Positions 1 to 12,646 are shown, counted from the first letter of the stretch. The stretch is DNA of 64,000 nt from Azolla caroliniana (GCA_043228905.1 JBHGNT010000009.1:15066001-15130000), one strand, 5' to 3'. The notes: generated from the sequence alone by a model not told the origin. Numbers and translations are program-made.

Positions 1-1316
1 GAACTCATTAAGGGCCGGAATGCTTCGTCTGTTTGCCGACATTTGAGCCGACTCGAAGAAGTCCATGCTGACTTCCTCGTCCTCTGATACCATGCCGTCC
101 TCGTTCTTGAACCGTTCTCTCGAAAGCATATCAGTCATGGTGTTGTCTTTTCCGGACATGTGCCGTATCTTCGGATTCAGAGACTTAATGTACGTCATCC
201 ACCTGAGCATTGCCAGGTCTAGAGTCGCGCACTCGGAAACCATGCCGAGAATCCGAAGTCTATCTGTATTGATTATCACTTCTGTCCCAATCAAATAGTC
301 CTTATCAACCTTAACCGCCGAAACAATACCCCAAAGCACGTGCTTAACCTGGGCATATCCTCACTACCGCTCGTTCAGCACCTTGGCACTGAACCAAATG
401 GGGAACCGTGTGCCGGCCTCGTCCTCTTGATTGATCACCCATCCAATTCCGGCCGGACTCGTGTCGACTGTCACGTAAACCGGAGTGTTCACCTTGTACA
501 CTGCTTTCCGGAGAGCCAAGGCTATCATCTACATCCCCTTCAGTCTCCAAATTGCCTCCATGTGCTCTCTTTTCCATTAGAACTTCGGCCCTTTCTTGAA
601 TAAGCCATAGAGCGGCTCAACGATGTGTGTGTAGTGTGGAATCCAAATGTGGTAGAAGGCGCATGCTCCTAGGAATTGTCGAACTTCTGCGACCGAATTG
701 CATTCCTCCTTCATTGCAGAGATGGCCTCTACCTTTGTCAGAGACGGTTTCCGGCTGTAAGGTCCACATAGGTGCCCGACCACTAGGATTTCTGATTTTC
801 TGAATTCTAACTTCTTCCCAGAGAAGGTAAACCGAGCGCCCTCAAACCTCTGCAATATCTTCTCACAATCATAGATGTGGTCCACGACAAACCTCCAACA
901 ACCGTCCGTTCCCACCGACTCGTCTTTCACGTCCTCCGGGCACCCTTTGATTGGGATGTCATCCAAAAAAGGCATTGTGATGTCCGGGATGCAGTCCCTC
1001 AGCACCTTGTTCATTGCGTTCACCATGTGTGCTACCGAGTTGGTTCCTCCTTGAGGTAGGGTACACATCTAAACTAGGCTGAGAGGGGTTCACATCGTCG
1101 TGATATCCCTAGTCTCCACGGCTAGAACTGGTCGAGTTGGAACTGATTGTACCAGGAGTATAGATCCCCAACCGAGTAGATTGACCTTCCGGCGAAGGCC
1201 TTCGTGAACTCATCAATGGTTGGTCCGACTCCTGCATTCCAAATTGTCACTTTGTTAACAGGTTGCAGGTCCTGAATAAAGAGCAGCGTGCCGTTCTTCG
1301 GCACCATAAACCACCG
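1..1316 (-). pseudogene. Ty3/Gypsy pol fragment (RT and RNase H), downstream part of element I, interrupted by Copia A
   Basis: Minus ORFs 1122-1307 (FIQDLQPVNKVT...SVGDLYS) and 577-1068 (LPQGGTNS, MPFLDD, VRQFLG) are Gypsy RT motifs. The frame continues at 11990 (..SAPYSNR|WFMVPK). Confidence 0.9.
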
Positions 1317-1757
1317 TGTCGAGTGAGCAAGCTCAACGAGATCTGGATCAGTTGAATAAGCTAGAGCCAGATCGGTATCCGGAACAAAGAACCGGATAGG
1401 TATCTGGAACCAAGAGCCGGATCGGAGAGACGGATCGTACTCAGGAATAGTGAGAACCGGTAGGTTGTTGGAACCTATAGTCCAAGCCTAGTACTTAGGC
1501 ATATTCCTTGGAGTTAGTGTCAGTCGCTCGTATGAGCATTGAAGTACATGTCAGTACTTCTGCTAGTCCTTTTAAGGACTTGTATAAAAAGTGTTATGTA
1601 GGATATTTGTATACATAGAGTGTTATTATTTTGAATTGAGTTTATGTTGTTCTGCTCTCTTTGTTTGTGTTTTGTGAAGCTTCCATTAAACCTGTACTCT
1701 TTTTGTTGCTATCCCGGTGAACCGGTTTGTCAAAGCTTCCGCATATTAACTTTGACA
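1317..1757 (+). repeat. 5' LTR of Copia A
   Basis: TGTCGAG...TTTGACA, direct repeat of 11574-11989, with an extra ~25-bp tandem duplication near 1370-1425. Confidence 0.93.
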
Positions 1758-1769
1758 TGGTATTAGAGC
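1758..1769 (+). promoter_or_regulatory. Primer-binding site (tRNA-iMet) of Copia A
   Basis: TGGTATTAGAGC directly after the LTR, one mismatch to TGGTATCAGAGC. Confidence 0.9.
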
Positions 1770-1849
1770 GTGAGGGTTGAGAACCTCTGCTGCCGACAAC
1801 TGCTTGAAACGGGCAAACCCTAATCACCGGTAAAGAACAGGAGCTAGAT

Positions 1850-4800
1850 ATGGACAAAAGCATGGCGAGCTTGCTTCTTACAGAAAAGCTCGACCAGAGC
1901 AACTATGCGTCCTACTCGTATAAAATGCATTAGTACCTGATGGGGCATGGATACTGCAACTACATGGAAGGAGCAAATGAAGCAACGCCGGATTCGGCAC
2001 ACAAGGACTTCCCAGTATGGGAGCAAGGAGCGAGCAGAGTATTGTATTGCCTTGCGTCCTGTTTGCACGACCAGATGCTCGGCTACATCAGAGACACAAA
2101 GTCACCAAAGGAGGTCTGGGAAAATCTTTGGAAGATTTTGGCCGCAAATACCACGACTTGCAAGTTGCAGATCCAGCAAGAGCTCAACAGTATCTGACAA
2201 CAGGACATGTTGGTCACCGACTACACCACCAAGATCAAGGAGATCTGCGACGCGCTCGGGTCCATCAACGTGATGGTGGACGAAGATGGGATGGTCCAGA
2301 TTTGCTTGGTGGTCTAGCACAACGATAGAGACCAATCGGGACAACAATTTGCACTAGGGAGAAGACACCATCCTTCTTCCACCTGCAATCAATGCTCATG
2401 GTCGAAGAAAACCACACGAGTGGGTCAAGGACCACTCAATCGGACATGATAGTTGGATGTTATACATGGAGGTGGATCGGCCCCGTGGATGTGGAGGATG
2501 AGGTGGGTCGGCACACAATAGCAGCAGCCGGCAAGAGTAGAATTGGAGGCACAAAGATGGTGTCAACAATAGTTCCGAACCCTCCACAAGAAAGGGGAGT
2601 CAAAGCGGCGCCAGAAACTAGCTCGAGGAGGCCGACATGGAATGTTGGGACTATGGCAAGAAAGGCCACCATGAAAGCGAGCGCTAGCATTGACTTGGAT
2701 ATATCCGAATCCGGTAAGGCTGGACAAGGAAACTGGTAGAGCTCGCACTACGCAGAAGGTTCAGAAGAATCCAGAACCGGAAAGATTGGAAAAGGACCAG
2801 CCTTCGTGATGAAGCATGAGGCAAACTCTATGAAGAAGACCACTTCGGAATCGGAGGAAGTGTGATACGTTGACTCCAGAGCGTCTACATGATGAGCCAC
2901 GAAGAGTGGTTCTTGGTTCTAGAAAAGCCAGAGCAACCGGGAGTTGTCGAAACCGGAGACGACACTCCTCACCTGATAGTGCATGTCGGAGAAGTCCCCT
3001 TGAGTCATGTCGGACAACAAGGGAAGCTTATGAATGTGCTTCACGTCCTGACAATCACAAAGAACTTGGTGTTGGTCGGGCAGATTGTCGACCAGGGAAT
3101 GCAGGTGCGATTTACGCATCTCAAGTGCTTCATTGAGGAAGAGGTCCGGATCATCATGCAAGGGCGCCAAGACGGGAGGATGTTCATCCTCAACACCAAC
3201 TATGGAGGCACCGCCTTGTTCACAAAAGGACAGAAAGTTGAGTTGGATATCAACTTGTGGCACAAGCAGATCGACCACATCAACTATCAAAGGCTTCAAA
3301 TCCTGTAATCGAAACAAGTTATTTTTGGATTGCCGAAATTCAGTGGCCAGAAGGCCCAAATTTGTGAAGCCTGCCAGCTCGGGAGGCAACACCGACTTCG
3401 GCTTCCCACCGAAAGGAACTAGAGTCGTACCAAGCACGACTTGATACATTCGGATGTATGGGGACCGGCATAGAACGTTAGTTTTGGCGGGAGCTGATAT
3501 TTCGTTTCCTTCATTGACGACTACAGTCGGCACACGTGGATCTATCTCATCGAGAAGAAAAGCAAAGTCTTCGAGTGTTTCCAGAACCTACAAGGTCTTG
3601 TTGAACAGGAAATGGAGAGAAAGATCAAGTGCCTGCGGTCAAATGGCAGAAAAGAATACTTTTCCGGCCAATTCAACAACTATCTGCAATAGAAAGGAAT
3701 TCAGAGGGAATTCAGTTGTAGATACACCGCGGAACAAAATGGTGTGGTCGAAAGATAGAACTGGTCGATTGTCGAGGCGACACGAGCAATGCTGGAAGAG
3801 AAGAGCATGCCTAAGTTCTACTGGGCCGAAGCAGTCCGGACAACCGTCTACATCCAAAACCGGATCAGGGATAAGGTGTTAGCACACGAGCTATATTTCA
3901 GACAGAAGCCGAATTTAAGGCACCTTAGGATATTCGGTAACATTGCCTATGTGCATGTGCCGGACGAGAGGAGGAGGAAGTTGGACCCGAAGTAAGAGAA
4001 GTGTATCCTTGTTGGCTACTCACATGAGCAAAAGGGTTATAAGTACTATAACCCCCGAAAAAAACAAGTTTGAGTGAGTCGAGATATTGAATTTGATGAG
4101 TCAGCATCATGGTACTCTCTACCGACTCTGACTCCCGACTTCGACCCGATTCTGGAAGATAAGGTCAATGAGTCGAAAACAATCCAGGCAAAAGAAGAAG
4201 AAGACTTCGGTACTCTTGATGGGAGTCCAATTTCATTTCGGCTGAGCGGGCCGAACGAATTATTGAGTCGGAACGACCAGTCAGATAAAGAGCTGATGAG
4301 TAGTGGAGACTCAATTATGATGTCCCCGCATAAGGAACTGGAGAGATGGTTCACGTGCAAAGAGAAGGGGAAGAAGAAAATGCCGGAATACAACACCGGC
4401 AAAGAAGAGTCGGATTGGAGCCAATCTGACTCCGGACGAAACGAAGACGGACCTTTGGAGACGAAGTCTGAGCCGGCCAAGAGGGCCTTGAAATCGGCTA
4501 ACGAGAAGTTACGCCGAACCACCCACCATAAGAACCCCGTGAAGTGGTACAAATATAATGAGTACATGGCGCATCATTATGCATACATGACGAAAGTGGC
4601 GGAGGTGCCTGAGCCGAAGAGCTACGCAGAAGCGACAAAGGACACACATTGGCATGCCGCTATGGAGGAAGAGATGCGGGCACTTGATGCAAACGACACA
4701 TGGGACTTGGTTGACCCTCCCCGACATTGCAAACCGATGGGTTGCAAGTGAGTATATAAGGTAAAGAACAATGTTGACGGTTTGGTCAACCAGTACAAGG

Positions 4801-5451
4801 CCCGTGGCCAAAGGATATGTGTAGACCCACGAAATCGACTACGACGAGGCCTTCGCTCCGGTAGCGAAGATGATAACGGTTCATGTGGTGCTGGCAATTG
4901 TTGTGGCAAGGGGGTGGAATCTTTACCAAATGGACGTGAAGAATGCGTTTCTTCAAGGTAACCTTGAAGAACAGGTCTACATGATCCAACCCCCTGGTTT
5001 TCGGTCACAGATGAACGAGTCAGCAATGTGCGGACTCAAAAAGTCCCTTTACGGCCTAAAGCAAGTCCCCCCTGCTTGGAATTCGAAGACAACACTCCGG
5101 TTGTGTAAGATGGAGTTTGCGGCTTCGAAGTCCAACTCTTCTTGTTCATCTGGAAAGGTTCGGAAGGTCCGGTATGTATCTTGCTATATGTAGACAATCT
5201 GGTCATCACTAGGCCCATACTTGCTGAAATCGGCCGCGTTAAGTCCCAATTGTCAGATGCATTCGAAATGAAGGACTTGGGGGACCTTCATTACTTCCTC
5301 GGGATTGAAGTGATCCATACCCCTGACGGCATACTCCTATCTCATTGACATTATGTGCGGAATATGCTGTACAAGCTTGGCATGACAAATTGTCGACCAA
5401 TATGAACACCCCTAGATCGGAATCTCAAGCTTCGACCCGATTTTGTACCGT
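1850..5451 (+). pseudogene. Copia A gag-pol, 5' part (Gag, protease, integrase, RT)
   Basis: MASLLLTEKLDQSNY, HDQMLGYIRD, degraded CCHC, YVDS, LWHKQIDHIN, KFYWAEAV, QMDVKNAFLQGNLEE, YVDNL; many stops and frameshifts. Confidence 0.92.
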
Positions 5452-6168
5452 TGTCAACGTTTTTCCATGTGTGCGTGTAGAATAAGGCGGGACCACGGGG
5501 ATCTTGGACTAGGGAGTAGATGGGAAGACAGGTATGAGCAAAGTGGAAGAGATTAACACGGTAGAGAAAGTAGAAAGAGACAAGATTTATGAAGTTATGT
5601 ATATTATGGGCATGAAAGCCGCAATGCAATTACAACTGCGGCCACGTGGGCCGGACTCAAAACATAAGTAGAATGTAAACCCTAATCGGATAAGTAAAGA
5701 AAGAAATAAAGAAACCCTAAACCGAATAGAAACCCTCGACCTAAGTGGTATACCTCTTCTCACTCAAAATAGGCAACCCTCTCAATGGTGCCCCTTCCTC
5801 TCCTTTTATAGCATAAGGAGAGAAAGCCGTTACAAAAAGGAGAGACTAAATATTCCCTTCATTCAATGGGGGATATTTGCTTAGATTCTAGGAGGAGGGA
5901 TTGATGGGGTCTTAACTCCCACTTCTCACACATACTACTATGCCCATTACTCACCTCATACTCCTATGTACCCCTCTCTTTCTCATGTGGATGTGCACAT
6001 AAGTGCATATCACAATTACGCTTTAGGAATCTTGTGGTGCATTTCTTACAATTTACATTTGTTCTTATTAATATTTTACAAATACATCATGTGCGTGTGC
6101 AACATTGCACACCCCGGTATTGCTCACTCCGCTCAGTTTTCCCCCTACGGACGAAAATCTTCACGACA
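5452..6168 (-). repeat. 3' LTR of element B
   Basis: TGTCAAC...TCACGACA on plus; preceded on minus by PPT-like GGTGGGGACGGA (6169-6180). Confidence 0.9.
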
Positions 6169-9100
6169 TCCGTCCCCACCAAACCGCACATCCACCGGTA
6201 TGTGCCAAGAAGGGGAAAGAGGTGAGATTTTCGGCCATGGTCATCAACTGAGTCCTTAGCGTCCTTGTCAAGTTTGCCCGACTTCGTCTTCCACTTCGAG
6301 CAAGCCCATCCTTTCCATATGAACCACCATAGCCTCCCGGTCCGCCATACCCGCCGTATGCTCTCAAACCGTCGGCTCCATCTGATCCACCATACTCGAA
6401 GGAGTTTGCCGAACCACTGTCTCCGCCCGATCCGCCAGACTTGGTCTTCACACACCTCTCTTTGGCTTCCTTCGTTTTCTGCGCGCGACCTTGGACCGAA
6501 TCTTCATTCTTCCCGACTGTTTGCTGGATATCGCACCGTGTGCTCTTCGTCCACGCTTGTCTTGCCTCGGCCGCTTCCTCGACTCGGCATTGTCACGCGC
6601 CGAACTTCGTCGTCGATCATCCTCGTGCTCGTCGCTCGGCCCTTACACGGCCACATCGCATGTCTCGCACTCCGCTCCGCTCCGCGTACCCTCTCGAAAA
6701 GGTACTTTGCTTCCCCGACATCCGTGTCGGTGCTCTCGTCTTCGGTGTCCTCGTCAACCTCCGATGTTGCCGCTTCACCCCGAGGTGCACCCTCTTGGTC
6801 CGCCTGGCCCGTTTGGCCGCACACTTCCTTTGGGATGCCCCGTTTGCTCTTCACAGTGCGTGACCCTCCATTCTCCACGCACCTTCTCCATTTCCCTAGA
6901 CACAATCATTCGTTCATGCCGATCACGCTTGTCTCGTTCCGTCGATCTTGGCGTCTCGTCACGCCGTCCTTCGTCCCACGCTTGCCTCTCGAAGGCTTCA
7001 TCCGACCGTCATCATCGGTCACTCATTGCGGCTCCTCCGAATGCACGCTCGTTCTTTGGTCCTTAGGTGACCCCATTACGCGCTCCTCGTTTCTCCCTTG
7101 CTCGCCGTGCTCTCTTGTAGTGAGCGTATCGTCATCTCGACCTTCGTGTCGGGGTCCTTCGCGGCTCTCGTTACCGCTTCATCCCAACTCGCATCCTCTT
7201 TGCCCGCTTGGCCTCGCATGTCCTCCGTGACACCGCTTTTTCTCTTCCCGGTGCGTAGACCTTTGCTCTCCGCGCACCATCCTCCGCTCTCTTCGTTCAT
7301 CCATCGATCCCGGAAACTCAACGCTCCGTCTCTCACCGTGTGCTTGCCTCTCAAAGGCTCGACCGGTCCACCGTTGCCAATCACTCGTTGCCGCTCTTCC
7401 GGGTGCACGCTTGCTTCTTGGCCCTTCACCGGCCGTAGTGCATGCTCCGTTTTACGCCCTTCACTCGCCATAGACCCGACCCTCCGCGTCGGCCTCTTCT
7501 CCCTTTGTTGCCGTAGCCCGTTCTGACTCCGTCTTATCGTCTTGGGCCCGCTCGTCCGTCATTCCGTATCGGATACCCGTTCCGGTAACCTCGTCCGCTC
7601 CGGTAACCGACTCCTCGCCGCCACCAGCCGTCTCTCCGGTCTTACGTTGATTCGCAACCGCCGAAGTCTCTAGAATAGGTGTGGAGGGTCCCTCTCGCTC
7701 TCGGTCTCCCACCGAGTCGTACTCCTCATGCATGCTTGGCCTCTCTCTCGCGCTCACCGGCTCCCACCAGGTGTTGTGACCCGTATGCCTCGACCTCCAA
7801 TCATGCCGGCTTAGCCCTTGCCCGGATCGGTTCCGACCGATATTGTTCCGATTCGGTCAGTTCCCTTCCGTAATCGTAACCGGCTAGTAAGGGTTCGGCA
7901 AAACAATTCCGGCCTTGTCGGCTCTTCTTCCGTTCAGGCCCGGTTGACCGGTCCCCATTCCAATCTTCTTCCGTGTCATCTTCCGGTCGTGTCAGATTAT
8001 CGACTGGTTCGTCTTCCGGTCGGGTCGGTTCCCAACTCTCTCCTCTTTGCTGCTCCTGACCTCTTCTTCGGTACCTTTGGATATGCTTGTTCCGGGCCTC
8101 GCATCCTCTTTGTATGTGCCTGCTCCGGACCACGCCTCCTCACGACCACCACCCATCTCTCTGGTCTTATGTCCGCACTCGGGCGCAACCGCCGTAGTCT
8201 TCGGTCTCAGTGTCGAGGGGTCTCTCCTCCATTGGCTATGACCTTCCTCATCATCGTTTCAGTCACCCGCCTTGCCACCGCCACCATCCGTCACTCTAGG
8301 TCTCATGTCGGCACTCGGGCCGGCCGCCGGAGTCTTTAGAACCAATGTGGGTAAGGTTCTGGCACCGCCGCTCGTCATGTCCGTAGCCACCTCCGTTTGG
8401 ACGTCATTGTCCACACCTACCCCATCCCCGATTACGCAAGCCTCGATTATGCTTGCCTCCTCCTCTTCCTCGTTCTCCTCGTCATCGTGTTGGTTGCCTG
8501 CTTTGCCGCCACCACCTTCTGTCTCTCCGGTCTCATGTGGGCTCTCAGGGCCGACCGCCGAAGTCTCTAGAATAGGTGTGGGAAAAGTCCCGGTACCATC
8601 ACTCGCTGATGTCATGTTCGTAGCCACCTTCGTTCAGACACCGTGGTCCATAGCTATCTCTTCCTCGATTTCGCAAGCCTCGATTATGCTTGCTATCTCC
8701 TCGTAGAATGTTTCGGGCAATCGCGTCCCGAAACTTATGCCCACTCTCAAAGTGGTGTTTATTACTTCGTAGTTCCTGGCCTTATCCGTGGCTGTCCTTT
8801 TCCCGCAAGAGAAGACGGTGGCTCGCTCCGCACCCTCTCCCATGTTACCGTTGTACGCTATTTCGGCCTCTGCATAGGCCCCGTCCTTCGTGTGTAGGGA
8901 GGCGTCTTCCTCCGTGTCCTCCAATCCTCTCGGGCTCGTCTCCATAGTACACCCTTCTTTGGCTTCGATTTGTGCCTTCACGATCTCGTACGCTTCCCGT
9001 ACCAAGGCTTCGATGTCAAGCTCCACCGAACCATTCTGCAGTGAGCTTTCCTCCGTCGGCGGTGACGCGTAGTCACTCACCATCCTCCTTTCACCGCGAC

Positions 9101-9487
9101 TTGCGGGCGGTGTTGTGGATGACCGCATCTCCTCGTGTCGTCGACATACCCTCTCTACCTCATTCCAATCCTTGGTGAGGCCGTATGCCCCTTCATCGTC
9201 TTCGAGTTCGGATAAAATGACCATTCTCCCTTTTTCATCGACCGACTTTAAAAATAGTAGGACCTTGTCCGCCCCCACCAATCTTCGATCCCGGTCCGAG
9301 AGTTGAGCAAAACAATGCTTGAACTCTCAGAATGCTTTGATTGCGCTCCGAGGAGCCTTCACCGATGCTACCCATAGACCGAACTTGCATCAATCATATA
9401 CTCGTATGGCTCATCCCGTCTTTCTCTTTGCCGTGCAAAATCCCTCACCATCCTCGCCATTACTTCTGTGATGTCTTCCTCTTCCAT
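6161..9487 (-). pseudogene. Element B internal coding remnant: Gag-like N-terminus followed by repeated acidic modules
   Basis: ATG at 9487; FAQLSDRDRRLVGADKVLLFLKSVD; minus ORFs 8634-9281, 8259-8627, 7461-7757, 6161-6451. The Gag assignment rests on position and resemblance only. Confidence 0.55.
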
Positions 9488-9508
9488 CCTCTTTCCCCCT
9501 TGTCACCT

Positions 9509-9527
9509 ATTCACGTCAGGTTCACCA
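9509..9527 (-). promoter_or_regulatory. Primer-binding site complementary to tRNA-Trp
   Basis: Minus strand TGGTGAACCTGACGTGAAT, 4 nt from the LTR; matches the plant cytosolic tRNA-Trp 3' end (ATTCACGTCGGGTTCACCA, recalled) at 18/19. Confidence 0.8.
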
Positions 9528-9531
9528 AAGA

Positions 9532-10247
9532 TGTCGCGTTTTTCCGTGTGTGCGTGTAGAATAAGGCGGGACCACGGGGGTCTTGGACTAGGGAGTAGAT
9601 GGGAAGATGGTTATGAGCAAAGTGGAAGAGATTAACATGGTAGAGAAAGTAGAAAGAGACAAGATTTATGAAGTTATGTATATTATGGGCATGAAAGCCG
9701 CAATGCAATTACAACTGCGGCCGCATGGGCCGGACTCAAAACATAAGTAGAATGTAAACCCTAATCGGATAAGTAAAGAAAGAAATGAAGAAACCCTAAA
9801 CCGAATAGAAACCCTCGACCTAAGTGGTATACCTCTTCTCACTCAAAATAGGCAACCCTCTCAATGGTGCCCCTTCCTCTCCTTTTATAGCGTAAGGAGA
9901 GAAAGCCGTTACAAAAAGGAGAGACTAAATATTCCCTTCATTCAATGGGGGATATTTGCTTAGATTCTAGGAGGAGGGATTGATGGGGCCTTGACTCCCA
10001 CTCCTCACACATAGTACTATGCCCATTACCCACCTCGTACTCCTATGTACCCCTCTCTTTCTCATGTGGATGTGCACATAAGTTCACATCACATTTACGC
10101 TTTAGGAATCTTGTGGTGCATTTCTTACAATTTACATTTGTTCTTATTAATATTTTACAAATACATCATGTGCGTGTGCAACGTTGCACATCCTGGTTTT
10201 GCTCACTGCACTTGGTTTTCCCCCTATGGACGAAAATCTTCACGAAA
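9532..10247 (-). repeat. 5' LTR of element B
   Basis: Direct repeat of 5452-6168; minus-strand TATA (plus TTTTATAG near 9883-9890). Confidence 0.9.
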
Positions 10248-10251
10248 CTGT

Positions 10252-11560
10252 CCTGCAACGAGAGAAGGTTCCGACAAATTTTCGGAAGCCTTATTTGTTT
10301 AACGTTCACCCGATCTTACATTAGCTATTTGGTTGCAACGATAAGTAAATTCATGTAGAAGCCAATTGTGAAGCATCTTCACTACATGCACTGAATATTG
10401 AGGTATGTTAGCTGTACAAAGGACCAGGAATTGTGGTACTGACACGGTATAACTGAAAAGCTAGTCAGATATATGGATGCCGATTGGGCTGGTGATGCAT
10501 CAGATTGTCGGTCCACTTCTGGTTACATGTTCTCTCTGGGTAGCACAACTGTTGTGTGGAGCAGCAGGAAGCAACCGATAATGGCTCTTTCAAGCAATGA
10601 GATTGGATATCAACGCGCTATCATTGCCACTTGTGAAGCCATTTAGCTTCGGCGGTTGCTGCAAGGCCTCCGGATCGACGTATCAACTCTGATCCCGATC
10701 TATTGTGACAACATGAGCAGCAGGTAGCTAGCCAAGAGCCCTGTGTTACATGCTCAGATGAAGCACATAGAGGTGCATTATCACTTTGTGCGTGAGCGGG
10801 TCCTTAGCGGTGAAGTAGAATTTCGGTGTGTCCGGATGGATCGGCAGATTGCCGACATCTTCACCAAGGCCCTTGGAATCGACAATTTGCAGCATTTTTC
10901 GGAGATGCTTGGTCTTCAACATCTCGACATGCCGCACTTAAGGGGGAGAAAGGAGGAAACTGGAACGGAAACCGGGAAAACAGGCAAAGGCACCAGACAA
11001 GCAGTCGGAGAGAAGGAAACAACTGAAGCAGGGGGAGACAAGAAGAAAAAGGGAGTCGAGTCGACTAATGAAGTTGGCACATTTGATAAAGTCGAAACAA
11101 GCAGCGACGACGAAAAAGTCATGAAGGAAGAGTCGGCCGGAACAAGAAGGCCAAGACCCGGACGTGGTCCGATGTGGTGAAGGGCCTGAAGGTTCGAGAA
11201 GAATTGGAGACAGCTAATTCGGACAAGAGCTGGAACGAATCGGAGGAAACCAATTTTGAAGAGGAGTTCGATTCAGAGGAGCCGAATCAATAGATGGCTA
11301 AATGAACAAGGAGGCAACATAAGTCGACATGGACACGAAAGGACCGATGGGTCGGGAAATGCCTAAGTCGCAACAATGAAGAAGCTGAGAAGGGCCTTAT
11401 GAGCAGACAAGTCGACCGAGAAGGTCGAGGTGTGCGGGACTGGACGGGTCATGAGAAGCGGAATCAGAAAGTTCAAGGAGCGTGAGGAAGGTGGGAAGAT
11501 GCTAGGAGGAGTTGGAGGAAAGGACCGGTTGACACACATAACGATTCGACCTCAAGTTGA
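10252..11560 (+). pseudogene. Copia A pol, 3' part (RT end, RNase H, C-terminal extension)
   Basis: DADWAGDASD, KHIEVHYHFVRERVLSGEV, QIADIFTKALG, then a charged tail. Confidence 0.88.
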
Positions 11561-11564
11561 GCTT

Positions 11565-11573
11565 GAGGGGGAG
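11565..11573 (+). promoter_or_regulatory. Polypurine tract of Copia A
   Basis: GAGGGGGAG abutting TGTTGAG. Confidence 0.88.
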
Positions 11574-11989
11574 TGTTGAGCGGGCAAGCTCAACTGGATC
11601 CGGATCGACTAAATAAGCTAAAGTTGGATCGGTATCCGGAACCAAGAACCGGATCGGAGAGACGGATCGTACTCTGGAATAGTGAGAACCGGTAGGCCAT
11701 TGAGGCCTACAGTCCGAGCATAGTATGTAGGCATATTCCTTGGAGTTAGTATCGGTCGCTGGTATGAGCATTGAAGTACATGTCAGTACTTTTGCCAATC
11801 CTTTTAAGGACTTGTACAAAAGGTGTTCTGTAGGACATTTGTATACACAGAGTGTTATTATTTTGAATTGAGTTTATGATGTTTTGCTCTCTCTGTCTAT
11901 GTTTTGTTGAGCTTCCATTAAACCTATACTCTTTTTGTTGCTATCCAGGTGAACTAGTTTGTCAAAGCTTCCACATATTAACTTTGACA
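11574..11989 (+). repeat. 3' LTR of Copia A
   Basis: TGTTGAG...TTTGACA; repeat of 1317-1757. Confidence 0.93.
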
Positions 11990-12646
11990 AACCGATTCGA
12001 ATAAGGGGCACTTGACGGCTCGAGAATTCCCATCTCCATCTTCTGCTTGAGGAACTCCATCAACTTTGGGATGTGAGCTCTCAATATCGGAATCGTCTTG
12101 AGACTCCATGACACATGTGGCACCGTGAAGATCACCATCGGTTCCACTCACCCGATCTCCCTCGGCGAGAATGCAAAGTCTTTCACGTGCCTTTCGAGCA
12201 TCTTCCGAAACCGGCCCTCCTCTGCCGACAGTTTTCCACCCCCACTAATGTTGAGCTCCCGCAACATTTTGTCAGTGAACCAATGTCCTATGTAGGCCGA
12301 ATTTCGTGGGCTTGGGTCGGTTGCGGCCCCTTTCATCCTCTCCTAGCTGTCCTCTGGTAAGGGAGCCGTGACTGGCCGCACCTTCGGGTCCACAGTCTTA
12401 TACACTTCGTATTAGACGGTCCGACCTGCCTCAATCTCCTTCCGGAAGTCCGTAATTACCGCAATCATCTGGTCTTTGCTTAGGCCTTTTAAGATCACCT
12501 TCTCGATCTCCCCCAAGGGTGTCATCGAACGAGACCGCCTCCAAGATGCAACGTACCAAGTTGTTGGGGTCCAAGGCTCCGCACGCCTTCAAATGTCTTT
12601 CGACTTGTATTCTTTCCCGGCCACTGATGCCAGTTACAGTACAACT
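11990..12646 (-). pseudogene. Ty3/Gypsy element I pol, upstream part (pre-RT and RT N-terminus)
   Basis: AFSPREIG..EPMVIFTVPHVSW..MEMGILEPSSAPYSNR joins in frame to the segment 1-1316. Confidence 0.88.

Larger units (their letters stand above)
5452..10247 (-). mobile_element. Non-autonomous (pol-less) LTR element B, Gypsy-like, inserted in Copia A RT
   Basis: ~717-bp direct repeats 5452-6168 and 9532-10247; TSD CCGT/CTGT; removing the element restores the host frame (KLRPDFVP|SCNERRFRQIFG); PBS and PPT on the minus strand; no RT, RH or INT motifs inside. Confidence 0.88.
1317..11989 (+). mobile_element. Full-length degenerate Ty1/Copia element A (Bryco-like), carrying nested element B
   Basis: TG..CA LTR pair 1317-1757 and 11574-11989; near-TSD CACCG (1312-1316)/AACCG (11990-11994); Met PBS; PPT; gag-PR-INT-RT-RH order. 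Confidence 0.93.

Noticed and set aside
6265-7230. 321-aa plus-strand ORF as a host gene
   Set aside because: S/R/P/L-rich antisense shadow of the purine-rich minus strand of element B, with no recognisable domain.
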